Assembly (NCBI GenBank): GCA_017470165.1
Contig: JAFUEX010000014.1
Coordinates: 1,076-65,075 of the forward strand
Reading direction: 5' to 3'
Origin: Alphaproteobacteria bacterium
GTDB taxonomy: Bacteria; Pseudomonadota; Alphaproteobacteria; RF32; CAG-239
Length of the DNA: 64,000 nt
This document shows positions 10,279 to 19,684 of the stretch, one piece after another. The notes under the pieces are model-generated. The model saw only the letters and a program-made list of their open reading frames with translations, had not been told where the DNA came from and did not search any database. Each line of letters opens with the position of its first letter. Position 1 is the first letter of the stretch. The position numbers and the translations under genes were made by a program.

Positions 10279-11044
10279 AATCAGAGCTGTTGTTGCTGTT
10301 ACCTTGGGGGCGGCCGTAATCGGATGGCATTACGAAGCCCAGGCCGACGATTTGGATACCAATATCGCGCGGATGCAGGCTATGGACAAGATTACGGGAC
10401 AAGTTACCGAGGTGGATGTTCCGGTGGGTGGTATTGCCAATTATGGCAGTTTTTCGGTGTTGGTGCGCAAATGCGTAACCCGTTCGCCGGAAGAGACGCC
10501 GGAGAGCACGGCTTTTGTTGATGTGGTTGACAATTATGCCTCGGATAATCCGGTGAATATTTTTAAGGGGTGGATGTTTGCTTCGTCGCCGAGTTTGAGT
10601 GCGGTTGAACATCCGATTTATGATATTTGGCTGCTGAAATGCTATAACGGGAAGGTGGACAAGGCAGCTCTGCTGGATGCCGCACAGCTTGCCATGCGCG
10701 ATGAGCTGCCGATGCAGCGGCAGAAACCGGTGAAGGTGAATGTGGGCGATATTGCCGATATGACCGACGCGGCATCTGATGAGACAACGACGGAAGCCGC
10801 GGCTGAAAAAGCCCTCCCTGCCAACAAAGAAGCAACGCTTGAGACCTCGGAAGATGAGATTGACTTTGCCTCGGAGGGAGAAGAAGACGACAATGCGGTT
10901 GATGAGAGCAGCGCAAATGCCGAAGAACCGAAGTTTGAGGCGGATATTGTTATCGGCTCACAAGGCGGTGAGCTGACGATAACCGAAACCAAGCCGCAAA
11001 CTCCGATAAGCGAAGAAACTCCTGACGAAACAACGACGGAATAA
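10271..11044 (+). CDS. DUF2155 domain protein with acidic C-terminal tail
   Basis: AMDKITGQ, IFKGWMFASSPSLSAVEHPIYDIWLLKC; usual neighbour of mlaD in Alphaproteobacteria. Confidence 0.9.
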   Translation: MNKIRAVVAVTLGAAVIGWHYEAQADDLDTNIARMQAMDKITGQVTEVDVPVGGIANYGSFSVLVRKCVTRSPEETPESTAFVDVVDNYASDNPVNIFKGWMFASSPSLSAVEHPIYDIWLLKCYNGKVDKAALLDAAQLAMRDELPMQRQKPVKVNVGDIADMTDAASDETTTEAAAEKALPANKEATLETSEDEIDFASEGEEDDNAVDESSANAEEPKFEADIVIGSQGGELTITETKPQTPISEETPDETTTE

Positions 11045-11072
11045 TTGCGGAAACCGCGAGATGGAAAAGGCA

Positions 11073-14000
11073 CTAGCGCTGTACGGAGCGTTTGGTGGGG
11101 GTGGCAGGTGCGCCTTTGGCTGATTTGGCTTTATCCTTTTTCCATTCTTTGATGTATTTGGACTGTTTATCATTTCGGCCTTGGGTAGGCAAAAGCCCTA
11201 ATGAGGCGATAGCACCGATACCAAGCATTTTTTCAAAAACATCCTGCGCCTTGCGATGAATTTCATCTTTGGTGGGAGTATGAGTATCTTTTTCCTCGGC
11301 GGCTGAAGAATCCGGCGAAGATGATGATTTATCTTGAGATTGTGCCTTAACCTCGGCCGAAGATGAAGAGTTATGGGAAGATGATTGCTGGGGCTGGGTT
11401 GAGGTGCGCTGGTGTTCGGCAGCATCGCCGGAGTTGTTATTATCCGTGGCAGAGTTGCCCTCGGAGATGAACGGGCTATTTTGACCGTCAAAATAGCTGA
11501 TATCTTCCCCTTGTTTGAGGGTGCGGAATGTTAAGTTGCCATCTTTGTCATAAAACAAAGTGTCAGAACCGGTGAGATTGCCCTGTTCATCATAGATGAA
11601 AGTGGTTTTGTACCAATCGCCATCCTGATTGGTTTTTACCTCGTACAATGCGTGATTATCGTCGCTTACGACCTCGGTTTTGTTGCAGGATTCGTAATTG
11701 ACGCGGTGTTCCAAACCATCATCGCTGTAAAACAGCTCTTGGCCATGCACAATATGCCCGTCGGCGATATAGTGGTGAACAAAGTTAACATTGCCGTTGG
11801 CATCTTCGGTATAGCTATAATTTTCCACGGCCCGCTGTGTTCCGTCAGCGTCGCGGTGAATGATGCTCTCGCCTATCGGGTTGCCATTATCATCGTAAGT
11901 GAAATTGTGGGTTTGCGTGTCACCCAATTGATGATAGGTCTCGTAGGAAGTGATTTGATGATTGTCATCATAGACAAAATCGCGACTGGTGGCATAAACC
12001 TGACCATTAGTATCAGCATCCTCCCGCGTGATAATGTGGCCGGTGTCTTTGTCTTGTACGATGGTAACAGAGCCTTGACACTCGCCCAATTGGGAGCCGT
12101 CTTCGGTGCCGGCATAGCGGGTGTAGGTGGTGACCTTGTTGGTAGAGGCATCATACCAGACCTCGCCCTCGCGATGCTCAGTGAGATTGCCGTCAACATC
12201 GTGCACATCGGCAGTGAACTGTCCGCTGTTTTCGTCCATATAAATTTCGATGGCATTGCCGCGGGCATCAAACTCTCCGGTGGGCGGAATATAATCAGAA
12301 TCCGGCGAAGTCTCGTCATAGGAATTATCTGCCGGCTGATTTTGTCCGTTATCCGCGGAATAGTCGGATTCGTTTGAATAATTGGCGGAAGACGATGGTG
12401 CATTTTGCTCCATAGAATAATATTTGGCGTCGGTAACAAGTTTGCCATTGTCATCATAAATCAATTTGTGATAATCATCATAAACATCGGCCTCTTGACC
12501 CGAAAGATAAGTTGTGTCAATATCGTCTTTAACCATATATCCTTTGGGTAATGATGAGGGTGCGGTGACCTCATGAGCGGTGGTCTCGGGGGTCTCAACC
12601 TCGTATTCATATGATGAGCCACCGGTGGGTATAACATTGCTCATACTTTGCTCATCATAATTATCATCCACCAAGAAGCGCATACCTCGGGGGCGATAAC
12701 CATACGGATGGCGTCCATAGGGATGTCCATGCATGGTATCTCTGGCGCGCATCTCGTGAGTTATTGAGTGCTCATCAGGGTCGGGGCCGCCATAATGCCG
12801 ATTGAGCCGGACATCGCGCGTATCCATAGAATCATAAACGTCATCATGGGTAATGTTTTCAATGCCGCTGTCGTTGCTGTTAAACCCGTTGATGACTTGC
12901 GAACGGGTGATGTCATTGCCCTCGCGGTCCATCTCGCCGGTTAAAGAAGAGCGGCTGAAACCGGTGTCATTGACCTCGCCATGGTCATCCATAAGATTAG
13001 CAAAATTTATGTCGCCGGTTTTCTCCGGAGTGTTGAGCAGCTTGTCATAGTCGCTTTGATAAGATGGCGGCGGGGTGATTTTGACCGTTTTGGAAGTATG
13101 CTGCACCCGCGGACGATGAGTGGGATGGCCTTTTCCGCCGGGAGACGGCTGCTCGGGCTGCGGGGTTTCGTCCAAGGTTTCGGACGGGGCGACTGGCTCA
13201 GGGTCTTTGTGAAAAAAAGACTTTACCTTGCCAAATACATTGCCAAAGAAATCACCCACCGGACCGGTGACCTTGCTCATAAGCTCGTGGCCGGTATCGG
13301 TATGGGCAGTCAAGGCGCCGAAAGTGAGCAATCCACTGGCGGCAGCACCTAGCAGAGCTTTTCCTTTTTTGCCTTGTTTCATATTGTCAAAAAAGGCCTC
13401 GTTGCTAAAGGCTCGGGCGCCGGAGACTGCAATCTTGGGAATAAGCAGTTGCTCAAGGCCTAAAGATACGCCGCCGGCAAGCAGCGTAGTGCCGATTGAC
13501 AACCCCAATTCGACCATCCGAACGGGTTTCTCTTTAAGGTGTTGCCACAGAGTTTTACCATTAGCACGGGCGGTGCGACGATGTTGCCTAAATAATTTAA
13601 AAGTACGCCAGGCTGCCAGACCGGCCACAACCGCAGTGCCGCCGAAATAAGCCAGTGCACCGGTTGCCAACAACGTAGCACCTTTTTTGGCCCACTGCCA
13701 TTTTTTGCCGTATTTCTTGCCCATTCGGCTATCAAAATTTTTGATACGTTGCAACAGTGTCGGACGCTGGGTTTGCTGTTGGAGTTCCTCACCGTATCTT
13801 TCGACAGCTTGATGGTGCACCGCCATTGTCTGGGTTACCACGTCAGGCGACAATTTGAGCTTGCGGCGGCCGGCGACGACATCGCGGATAAACTCGCTAT
13901 ATTCAGCATTGATGCGGAGTTTTGCTTTGTCGGAAAGGTCGCTGAAATTATACCCGCGGTCGTATGCCAGTTGATTGACTATCAACTCATAGGTGATGGA

Positions 14001-14468
14001 GCTCATATTGTCTTTGAGCAACTCCGGATAATTGCCGCGGCCGGATGACTGGAACATCTGCATCCGCGCCTCGCACTGCGCCAGATAAAAGGCGAGTTCT
14101 CGCACCTCGGGGTCGACCTTTTTGCCGGAGGTAAAATTGTCATAACACGATATGGTTTCGGCAAATTCAGCATCAACGCGAGCCAGAGAATCAATAGTAT
14201 GTTTTTGCTCTTGGATATCACAATAGCCGTCAATTCGCTCGGCCAAGGCTGCATCGGGGATTACACCTAAGGGCTCGGGCTCAATCTGCAAACCGTCGCC
14301 GGTCGGGGTTATCCCATGAGATAAGAGATATTTGTCAGCAAATTTTTTACCTGCAGGAAGTTTCAAAAAGGTCTCCAGTGATTTGTCGGCATTATCAGGA
14401 ATGCGGCACCAATCATCATAAGCCTTGCGGCCTTCGTCATCCAAATCGCGATAGGTTATCTCGACCAT
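11073..14468 (-). CDS. Large orphan protein (1131 aa): Gly/Ala-rich hydrophobic segments, Pro-rich linker, acidic domain with YD-like repeats, basic C-terminal tail
   Basis: Long ORF, GGGTGAG upstream of MVEIT; repeats FVYDDNHQI, FTYDDNGNP, FIYDEQGNL, LFYDKDGNL, LIYDDNGKL. Confidence 0.8.
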   Translation of the reverse strand: MVEITYRDLDDEGRKAYDDWCRIPDNADKSLETFLKLPAGKKFADKYLLSHGITPTGDGLQIEPEPLGVIPDAALAERIDGYCDIQEQKHTIDSLARVDAEFAETISCYDNFTSGKKVDPEVRELAFYLAQCEARMQMFQSSGRGNYPELLKDNMSSITYELIVNQLAYDRGYNFSDLSDKAKLRINAEYSEFIRDVVAGRRKLKLSPDVVTQTMAVHHQAVERYGEELQQQTQRPTLLQRIKNFDSRMGKKYGKKWQWAKKGATLLATGALAYFGGTAVVAGLAAWRTFKLFRQHRRTARANGKTLWQHLKEKPVRMVELGLSIGTTLLAGGVSLGLEQLLIPKIAVSGARAFSNEAFFDNMKQGKKGKALLGAAASGLLTFGALTAHTDTGHELMSKVTGPVGDFFGNVFGKVKSFFHKDPEPVAPSETLDETPQPEQPSPGGKGHPTHRPRVQHTSKTVKITPPPSYQSDYDKLLNTPEKTGDINFANLMDDHGEVNDTGFSRSSLTGEMDREGNDITRSQVINGFNSNDSGIENITHDDVYDSMDTRDVRLNRHYGGPDPDEHSITHEMRARDTMHGHPYGRHPYGYRPRGMRFLVDDNYDEQSMSNVIPTGGSSYEYEVETPETTAHEVTAPSSLPKGYMVKDDIDTTYLSGQEADVYDDYHKLIYDDNGKLVTDAKYYSMEQNAPSSSANYSNESDYSADNGQNQPADNSYDETSPDSDYIPPTGEFDARGNAIEIYMDENSGQFTADVHDVDGNLTEHREGEVWYDASTNKVTTYTRYAGTEDGSQLGECQGSVTIVQDKDTGHIITREDADTNGQVYATSRDFVYDDNHQITSYETYHQLGDTQTHNFTYDDNGNPIGESIIHRDADGTQRAVENYSYTEDANGNVNFVHHYIADGHIVHGQELFYSDDGLEHRVNYESCNKTEVVSDDNHALYEVKTNQDGDWYKTTFIYDEQGNLTGSDTLFYDKDGNLTFRTLKQGEDISYFDGQNSPFISEGNSATDNNNSGDAAEHQRTSTQPQQSSSHNSSSSAEVKAQSQDKSSSSPDSSAAEEKDTHTPTKDEIHRKAQDVFEKMLGIGAIASLGLLPTQGRNDKQSKYIKEWKKDKAKSAKGAPATPTKRSVQR

Positions 14469-14592
14469 AATCTCACCCTTAAAAAAACAAAATTCCACTC
14501 AATTTAGCATTATAATAACATAAAATTAAGATTAAGTAAAGATATTTTAGACAAAAAAGCTGAGAAATTGGCAAAAAAAACGAGTGTTCTTT

Positions 14593-15012
14593 GACGGTGA
14601 GACCCCCTATTTTTCTGTGACTTCCGTCACAGAAAAAGGGGTGACAGCATAATGAAAAGGGGACAGTATAGGGAAAAGCCACAGCACTACTGTCACCAAT
14701 CTATAGCGTTCAGCTCCGACGCTGCGATGAGCGGTCTGTTGGTCGTAGTGTCCTTGTGACAAGGAGACCCCTTACTCGCCGCTACGCGGCTCGGGGGTGA
14801 CATTCCTCGGAGGACGATGAGACCCCTGATTTTTCTGCGGCTTGCACCGCAGAAAAAGGGATGACAGTGCTGGAAAGAAAGGGGGATAGCATAAAGAAAA
14901 AAAGGGGTGACATGGAAAGGAGGAGCCGCTCGGGGGGGGGGGCAGGAGGGGAGAGGCAGCTCAATAAGGGCATTCCCTTTAGAGAGGGGACAGAAGAAGA
15001 AAAAGGAGGATA
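14593..15012. repeat. Cluster of REP-like palindromes (3 copies) with purine-rich degenerate GTGACA-unit tails
   Basis: GAGACCCC-stem-loop-GGGRTGACA at 14593-14646, 14763-14803 and 14813-14866; degenerate units at ~23-bp spacing (14858, 14881, 14904). Confidence 0.8.
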
Positions 15013-15085
15013 ATCGTTATTTTTTTGAAAATTTTGCTTGATAATATAAAAAAATGTGTTATCAATGGCGAAGTTGATTGGTTGG

Positions 15086-15162
15086 CGGATTGTAGTTCAG
15101 CCTGGTAGAACGCTTCGTTCGGGACGAAGAGGTCGCTGGTTCAAGTCCAGTCAATCCGACCA
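15086..15162 (+). tRNA. tRNA-Pro(CGG)
   Basis: Acceptor stem CGGATTG/CAATCCG, anticodon arm CTTCG-TTCGGGA-CGAAG, GGTTCAAGTCC, encoded CCA. Confidence 0.97.
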
Positions 15163-15169
15163 ATAATAT

Positions 15170-15195
15170 AGCATCCTTGAGGGGTGCTTTTTTTT
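15170..15195 (+). terminator. Intrinsic terminator after tRNA-Pro
   Basis: AGCATCC-TTGAG-GGGTGCT followed by a T run. Confidence 0.8.
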
Positions 15196-15378
15196 GTTAA
15201 GTACAAGCAACCGATCTCTCAAACGAGCGAAAATGCCGGTTTGACCACCGGCTATAGGCAGCATATCTGGCCCAAGGGGGATGGTTATTTGCTTTGGTAA
15301 GATATTTTTTGTTTGAAAATAAAATAACTTGTGTTTATAGTGGTGCAAGTTTGAAAATATATTTACGGGAAAAAAATA

Positions 15379-16851
15379 ATGTCCAATGAAACTAACATCC
15401 ATCGCGAATCGCGCTTGAATAAGCTGCGCGATTTGCAAGAAAAAGGCTACAACCCTTATCCTTATTGTTTTAAGCCGGATGCCAAGGCGGCCGATTTGCA
15501 GGAAAAATACAAAGATTTGGCTGCAGGTGAAGACACCGCCGATCGGGTGACAATTGCTGGTCGGGCGATGGCGGTGCGCAACAGCGGGATGTTTATTGAT
15601 GTGAAAGATATGAGCGGCAAAATTCAGGCTTTTTGCCACAAAAATCATCTCGGTGAAGATGATTTGGCGCGCCTGAAGGATTTGGATGTCGGCGATATCG
15701 TGGGGATTTCGGGATATGTGCGGCGCACCCCCCGCGGCGAGCTGTCTATCGCGGCCGAGCATTTTGACATTATTGCTAAGTCTCTGCAGGCACTGCCGGA
15801 GAAATTTCACGGCCTGACCGATGTGGATGCCAGATATCGTCAACGCTATGTCGATTTTATTATGAACGACGAAAGCAAAGAAATTTATCGCAAGCGCTGC
15901 GAGATTATTGCTGCTGTGCGGCGCTATTTTGAAGAAAACGGCTTTTTGGAGGTGGAAACCCCGATGCTGCATCCGATTATGGGCGGCGCTTCGGCCAAAC
16001 CGTTTATTACACACCACAACACGCTGGATATGGATTTGTATTTGCGTATTGCTCCGGAATTGTATCTGAAAAAGCTGGTGGTTGGCGGATTTGACCGCGT
16101 GTTTGAAATCGGGCGGAATTTCCGCAACGAAGGTATCGACAAATCACATAACCCCGAGTTTACTGCAGTGGAGGCCTATCAGGCTTATGGCGATTATAAT
16201 GATATGGCAGAACTAATCCCCAATCTTATTCGCTATGCGGCGCAAAAAGTTTTGGGCACGACGACGATTAAGGTTAACGGGGCGGAAATTGATTTGAGCA
16301 AGCCCTTTGCCCGCAAGTCGATGATTGAGCTGGTTAAAGAGGCGACCGGCGCTGATTTCTTGAGTGTCGAGAGCTTGGAAGAAGCAATTGCTTTGGCCAA
16401 GTCGGTCGGAGTGGATGCCGGCGAGTGTATCTCGTGGGGCAAGGTGGTTTCCGAGGTGTTTGATGCCAAAGTTGAGCCCAATTTGATACAGCCGATTTTG
16501 GTGATGGATATGCCGCGCGATATTTCGCCTTTGGCCAAAACTCATCGCAGCAATCCGCGGCTGGTGGAGCATTTTGATGCTTATGTTGCAGGAATGGAGG
16601 TCGGATGCGCGTACTCAGAGCTTTCTAACCCCTTGGAGCAGCGCGAACGCTTTGAGGCGCAAGGCAAAGACCGCGAAAAAGGCGATGCGGAAGCTCAGAT
16701 GATGGATGAAGATTTTATCTGCGCTTTGGAAAACGGATTTCCTCCCACCTGCGGAATGGGAATGGGGCTGGATCGTTTGGCGATTTTGCTCACCGGTGCT
16801 GAGACCATCCGTGATGTGATTGCTTTCCCAACCTTAAGAAGAAAAGAGTAG
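15379..16851 (+). CDS. lysS: Lysine--tRNA ligase, class II
   Basis: [48 protein letters not shown]. Confidence 0.98.
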   Translation: MSNETNIHRESRLNKLRDLQEKGYNPYPYCFKPDAKAADLQEKYKDLAAGEDTADRVTIAGRAMAVRNSGMFIDVKDMSGKIQAFCHKNHLGEDDLARLKDLDVGDIVGISGYVRRTPRGELSIAAEHFDIIAKSLQALPEKFHGLTDVDARYRQRYVDFIMNDESKEIYRKRCEIIAAVRRYFEENGFLEVETPMLHPIMGGASAKPFITHHNTLDMDLYLRIAPELYLKKLVVGGFDRVFEIGRNFRNEGIDKSHNPEFTAVEAYQAYGDYNDMAELIPNLIRYAAQKVLGTTTIKVNGAEIDLSKPFARKSMIELVKEATGADFLSVESLEEAIALAKSVGVDAGECISWGKVVSEVFDAKVEPNLIQPILVMDMPRDISPLAKTHRSNPRLVEHFDAYVAGMEVGCAYSELSNPLEQRERFEAQGKDREKGDAEAQMMDEDFICALENGFPPTCGMGMGLDRLAILLTGAETIRDVIAFPTLRRKE

Positions 16852-16855
16852 CCGT

Positions 16856-18127
16856 TTGCTCAAACTATCTCCGGCCAAGCTGAAATTCATTTTGCTGAAA
16901 TGCGCTTATTTGCTGGCGGCTGCCGTGGTGGTGCTGGCGATAATGGCGCATTTTCGCTCGGATGTGCGGCAAAATGATGATATTAATGCGGTCGAAAATC
17001 AGGATTTGCGTGGCGGGGATGAAACTTATGTCTCCATCTATGAAAAAATGGGCACTTATCACCTCGATACCCACCGCGGGTCATTTTTTGCTGAGACGGC
17101 AGACAATGCGGCTGCCCTCAACGCGGCCGGCAGCTCGGATGAGACCGAAGATGATATAATAGTGGTGGATGTTGAGCCCCAAGGCGATGGCAGTATTGCC
17201 CGCGAGGCGGCTGATGATGAGCGGATGGAACAACAGACTGAGATGATGCGGCAGGCAATGTATGCCGCGTTGGACGAGACGGCAGATTTGCCGGATAATT
17301 CCGCGGATGTGGCAGATATATTTGACCGTTTGTATGAGGAAACATTGCCCGACGATATTATTGACCACGAAGAGGCCGCACTTACGGCCAAAACCAAAGC
17401 GAATCTGCCGGCAATTCCTGAGCGCAAACCGCCCTATTTTGCCAAGCCGATGGTAGCAATAGTGATTGATGATATGGGGATAAACCGCAAGCGCACGGCA
17501 GATATCTCATCGCTGAAATATCCGATTACCGCGTCGTTTTTGACCTATGGGTTGAAGCTGGATGAGCAAATTGACAAATCGATTGCTGCCGGCCACGAGA
17601 TTATGTTGCACGCTCCGATGGAGGCTGTTGGCAAGGTGGATAATGCCCCCGATGTGTTGACCACCGAAATGAGTGCGGATGAAATTCAGGCGAATTTGCG
17701 CATTATGCTGCAAAAAGTGAAAAATATCCGCGGGGTTAACAATCATATGGGCAGCAAACTGACCCAAGACTATGAACGGATGCTGGCAGTGATGGAAGTG
17801 CTGAAAGAAAGCGAGCTGTTCTTTTTGGATTCGAAAACATCGGCACAATCTATGGCAGATAAGGCGGCTGCCGAAATCGGAGTGCCGCACGCGGCTCGCA
17901 ACGTGTTTTTGGACAACAATAATGATAAAGATTATATTTTGGGGCAGCTGCGGCTGACAGAAAAACTGGCGCGCAAAAACGGCTATGCCATTGCTATCGG
18001 TCACCCCAAAAGCCAGACTTTTGTTGCGCTGAGCGAATGGCTGCCGCAAGCAGAGGCGGCAGGAGTCGAGCTGACCCATTTGAGCAAAATTGTGGAGATT
18101 ATACACCAACAGGCTCTATTGCAATAA
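16856..18127 (+). CDS. Divergent polysaccharide deacetylase family protein (YibQ-like) with N-terminal anchor and acidic linker
   Basis: AIVIDDMG, GHEIMLHAPME, GVNNHMGSKLT, FFLDSKT, RNVFLDN, AIAIGHP. Confidence 0.9.
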   Translation: MLKLSPAKLKFILLKCAYLLAAAVVVLAIMAHFRSDVRQNDDINAVENQDLRGGDETYVSIYEKMGTYHLDTHRGSFFAETADNAAALNAAGSSDETEDDIIVVDVEPQGDGSIAREAADDERMEQQTEMMRQAMYAALDETADLPDNSADVADIFDRLYEETLPDDIIDHEEAALTAKTKANLPAIPERKPPYFAKPMVAIVIDDMGINRKRTADISSLKYPITASFLTYGLKLDEQIDKSIAAGHEIMLHAPMEAVGKVDNAPDVLTTEMSADEIQANLRIMLQKVKNIRGVNNHMGSKLTQDYERMLAVMEVLKESELFFLDSKTSAQSMADKAAAEIGVPHAARNVFLDNNNDKDYILGQLRLTEKLARKNGYAIAIGHPKSQTFVALSEWLPQAEAAGVELTHLSKIVEIIHQQALLQ

Positions 18128-18853
18128 TAGAGCCTGTTGTTCCATTTCCTTACGTATCAGCTTTACTACACGGGTTTTTACAAATAATCCGCGCAAACCG
18201 AGACGAGATGCCAATTCACTGCGTGAGATACGATGACGGGGGCCGGTTATTCGCTCGTATAAGAAATCCGGCCAGCGACGCCAATTCGCACTATTGGCCA
18301 ACCAGCGCACCAAACAATCGTGTGATGCGAATCTGTCGAGTGCATCGCGGAGGCCGATTTCCTTACCGCTTTCGCGTTGCAGTATCAAATCATGTCCGTC
18401 AAACGGCATAAGATTAAACATCTCGCTGCTGCAAGCGTTCGGATAGTTTTTCAAGCACCAAACGCCCTTTTTAATAACAAAGCACAGCATTGCATCCAAC
18501 AGCTCATCCGATGGTTTGGCCATAAGGTTTACCTGCCAAGCCAGCACTTCGCGGCCATATTCTTGCGCAACTATTTGTCCCAAACTGCGCTCAATATCCC
18601 TGAATGTGCTATAAATTAGCTCTTGATTGGTGCGACGGTTAAGTTGGGAAAAATCGCTCAAGTGGTGAGACATAAAGTCATAATAGGCAATGCAATACTC
18701 CTTGGTGTGCAACTCCGGCAAATTCATCTTTTGCAAGATAAACTGTGGGATATCCTCATCCTTGATTTGTTCAATTCCTTCGGATATCCACGCCATCTCT
18801 GAGGTAATGTAATTCCTAATACCTTCGGCAATCGTGTTTTTTGTTGTATCCAT
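18116..18853 (-). CDS. Hypothetical protein, paralog A of a tandem pair
   Basis: 245-aa ORF with a putative promoter of its own; C-terminal half aligns with 18977-19684. Confidence 0.75.
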   Translation of the reverse strand: MDTTKNTIAEGIRNYITSEMAWISEGIEQIKDEDIPQFILQKMNLPELHTKEYCIAYYDFMSHHLSDFSQLNRRTNQELIYSTFRDIERSLGQIVAQEYGREVLAWQVNLMAKPSDELLDAMLCFVIKKGVWCLKNYPNACSSEMFNLMPFDGHDLILQRESGKEIGLRDALDRFASHDCLVRWLANSANWRRWPDFLYERITGPRHRISRSELASRLGLRGLFVKTRVVKLIRKEMEQQALLLQ

Positions 18854-18929
18854 AACTCTTTAATTTTAATTTGTAAATAATATAACTTGCGGGAGAATTT
18901 AGCACATAGCGGTAATTTTGTCAACCCGC

Positions 18930-18962
18930 AAAAAAAGACAGCTCAATCGAGTTTGAGCTGTC
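18930..18962 (-). terminator. Intrinsic terminator of paralog B
   Basis: GACAGCTCAA-loop-TTGAGCTGTC then T7 on the minus strand. Confidence 0.75.
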
Positions 18963-18976
18963 GGAGGTGAAAATCA

Positions 18977-19684
18977 TCACAAATATTTTCTGATTTGACG
19001 GCGATGCGCTTTGGTCTGACGCTTAAGGCTGCGAACTGCATAATGTTTGGCAAACAGCCCCTTAAGGCGCATTGCATCAGCCACTGATTGCCGCGATAGG
19101 CGATGTCCGAAACCGGTAACACGGTGCAACAAAAACTCTGGATAAGAGCGCCAATTATCACCGCTGAGCAGCCAACTGACCAAAAAACGATGATCGGAAT
19201 ATTCGCTTAGGGCGTCTTTCAGAGACATTTGTTTGGAAACACCGGCAGAATGTTCGCGATAGTCAACCTTTATCGGACGGCCGTCTTCCGGCAACATTCG
19301 CAGCAGCAATAATGTTAAACGGTTGTCTTCATCGTGCTGCAGCGCCCACACGGCGGTTTCTTGCAAAAAATGCATCAACAACACCACCTGCGGATCATAA
19401 GGATCATCAATGTCCTCATCCCAATATGCCGGCAACTCTCTGGCCACATAATTGTACATTATCTCCATAATCCCAATGGTTTTGTCGGGGTTTATCTCGT
19501 ATAATGCGGCCAAATTGGACGAGATGAGATTCGAGCATTTTCTTTTATTCCCTTTGTTGGAATAAAAACGATATTTAACCACATATTCTGCCATATTAAC
19601 CAAATCGGCAGGTGTGCGATCTTCAACCTTGGTCCATTCATCCATATCCAGCAAGGCATTGCGTAACGAAATGTATTTCTCCAT
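18977..19684 (-). CDS. Hypothetical protein, paralog B of a tandem pair
   Basis: 235-aa ORF sharing L(K/R)DAL..H..LV.WL...NWR..P(D/E)FL..R(I/V)TG..HR(I/L)SR..A..L.GLF with paralog A. Confidence 0.75.
   Translation of the reverse strand: MEKYISLRNALLDMDEWTKVEDRTPADLVNMAEYVVKYRFYSNKGNKRKCSNLISSNLAALYEINPDKTIGIMEIMYNYVARELPAYWDEDIDDPYDPQVVLLMHFLQETAVWALQHDEDNRLTLLLLRMLPEDGRPIKVDYREHSAGVSKQMSLKDALSEYSDHRFLVSWLLSGDNWRSYPEFLLHRVTGFGHRLSRQSVADAMRLKGLFAKHYAVRSLKRQTKAHRRQIRKYL

Noticed and set aside
11073-14468. Canonical RHS toxin-immunity locus
   Set aside because: Only a few YD-like units, no DPxG core end motif, and no downstream immunity gene
14932-14942. G11 tract as a phase-variation switch
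   Set aside because: Lies within the purine-rich REP tail, not in an ORF or a recognisable promoter spacer
14593-15012. CRISPR array
   Set aside because: Units are degenerate and irregular in length, spacers are low-complexity purine runs, and there are no cas genes; better described as a REP-like array
15151-16017. 288-aa antisense ORF over lysS, and similar long shadow ORFs (20345-21235, 27035-27862, 11652-12377)
   Set aside because: Antisense shadows of real genes caused by codon bias; no RBS or recognisable motifs
18116-19684. Toxin-antitoxin pair
   Set aside because: The genes are paralogous, appear separately promoted with a terminator between them, and show no TA motifs
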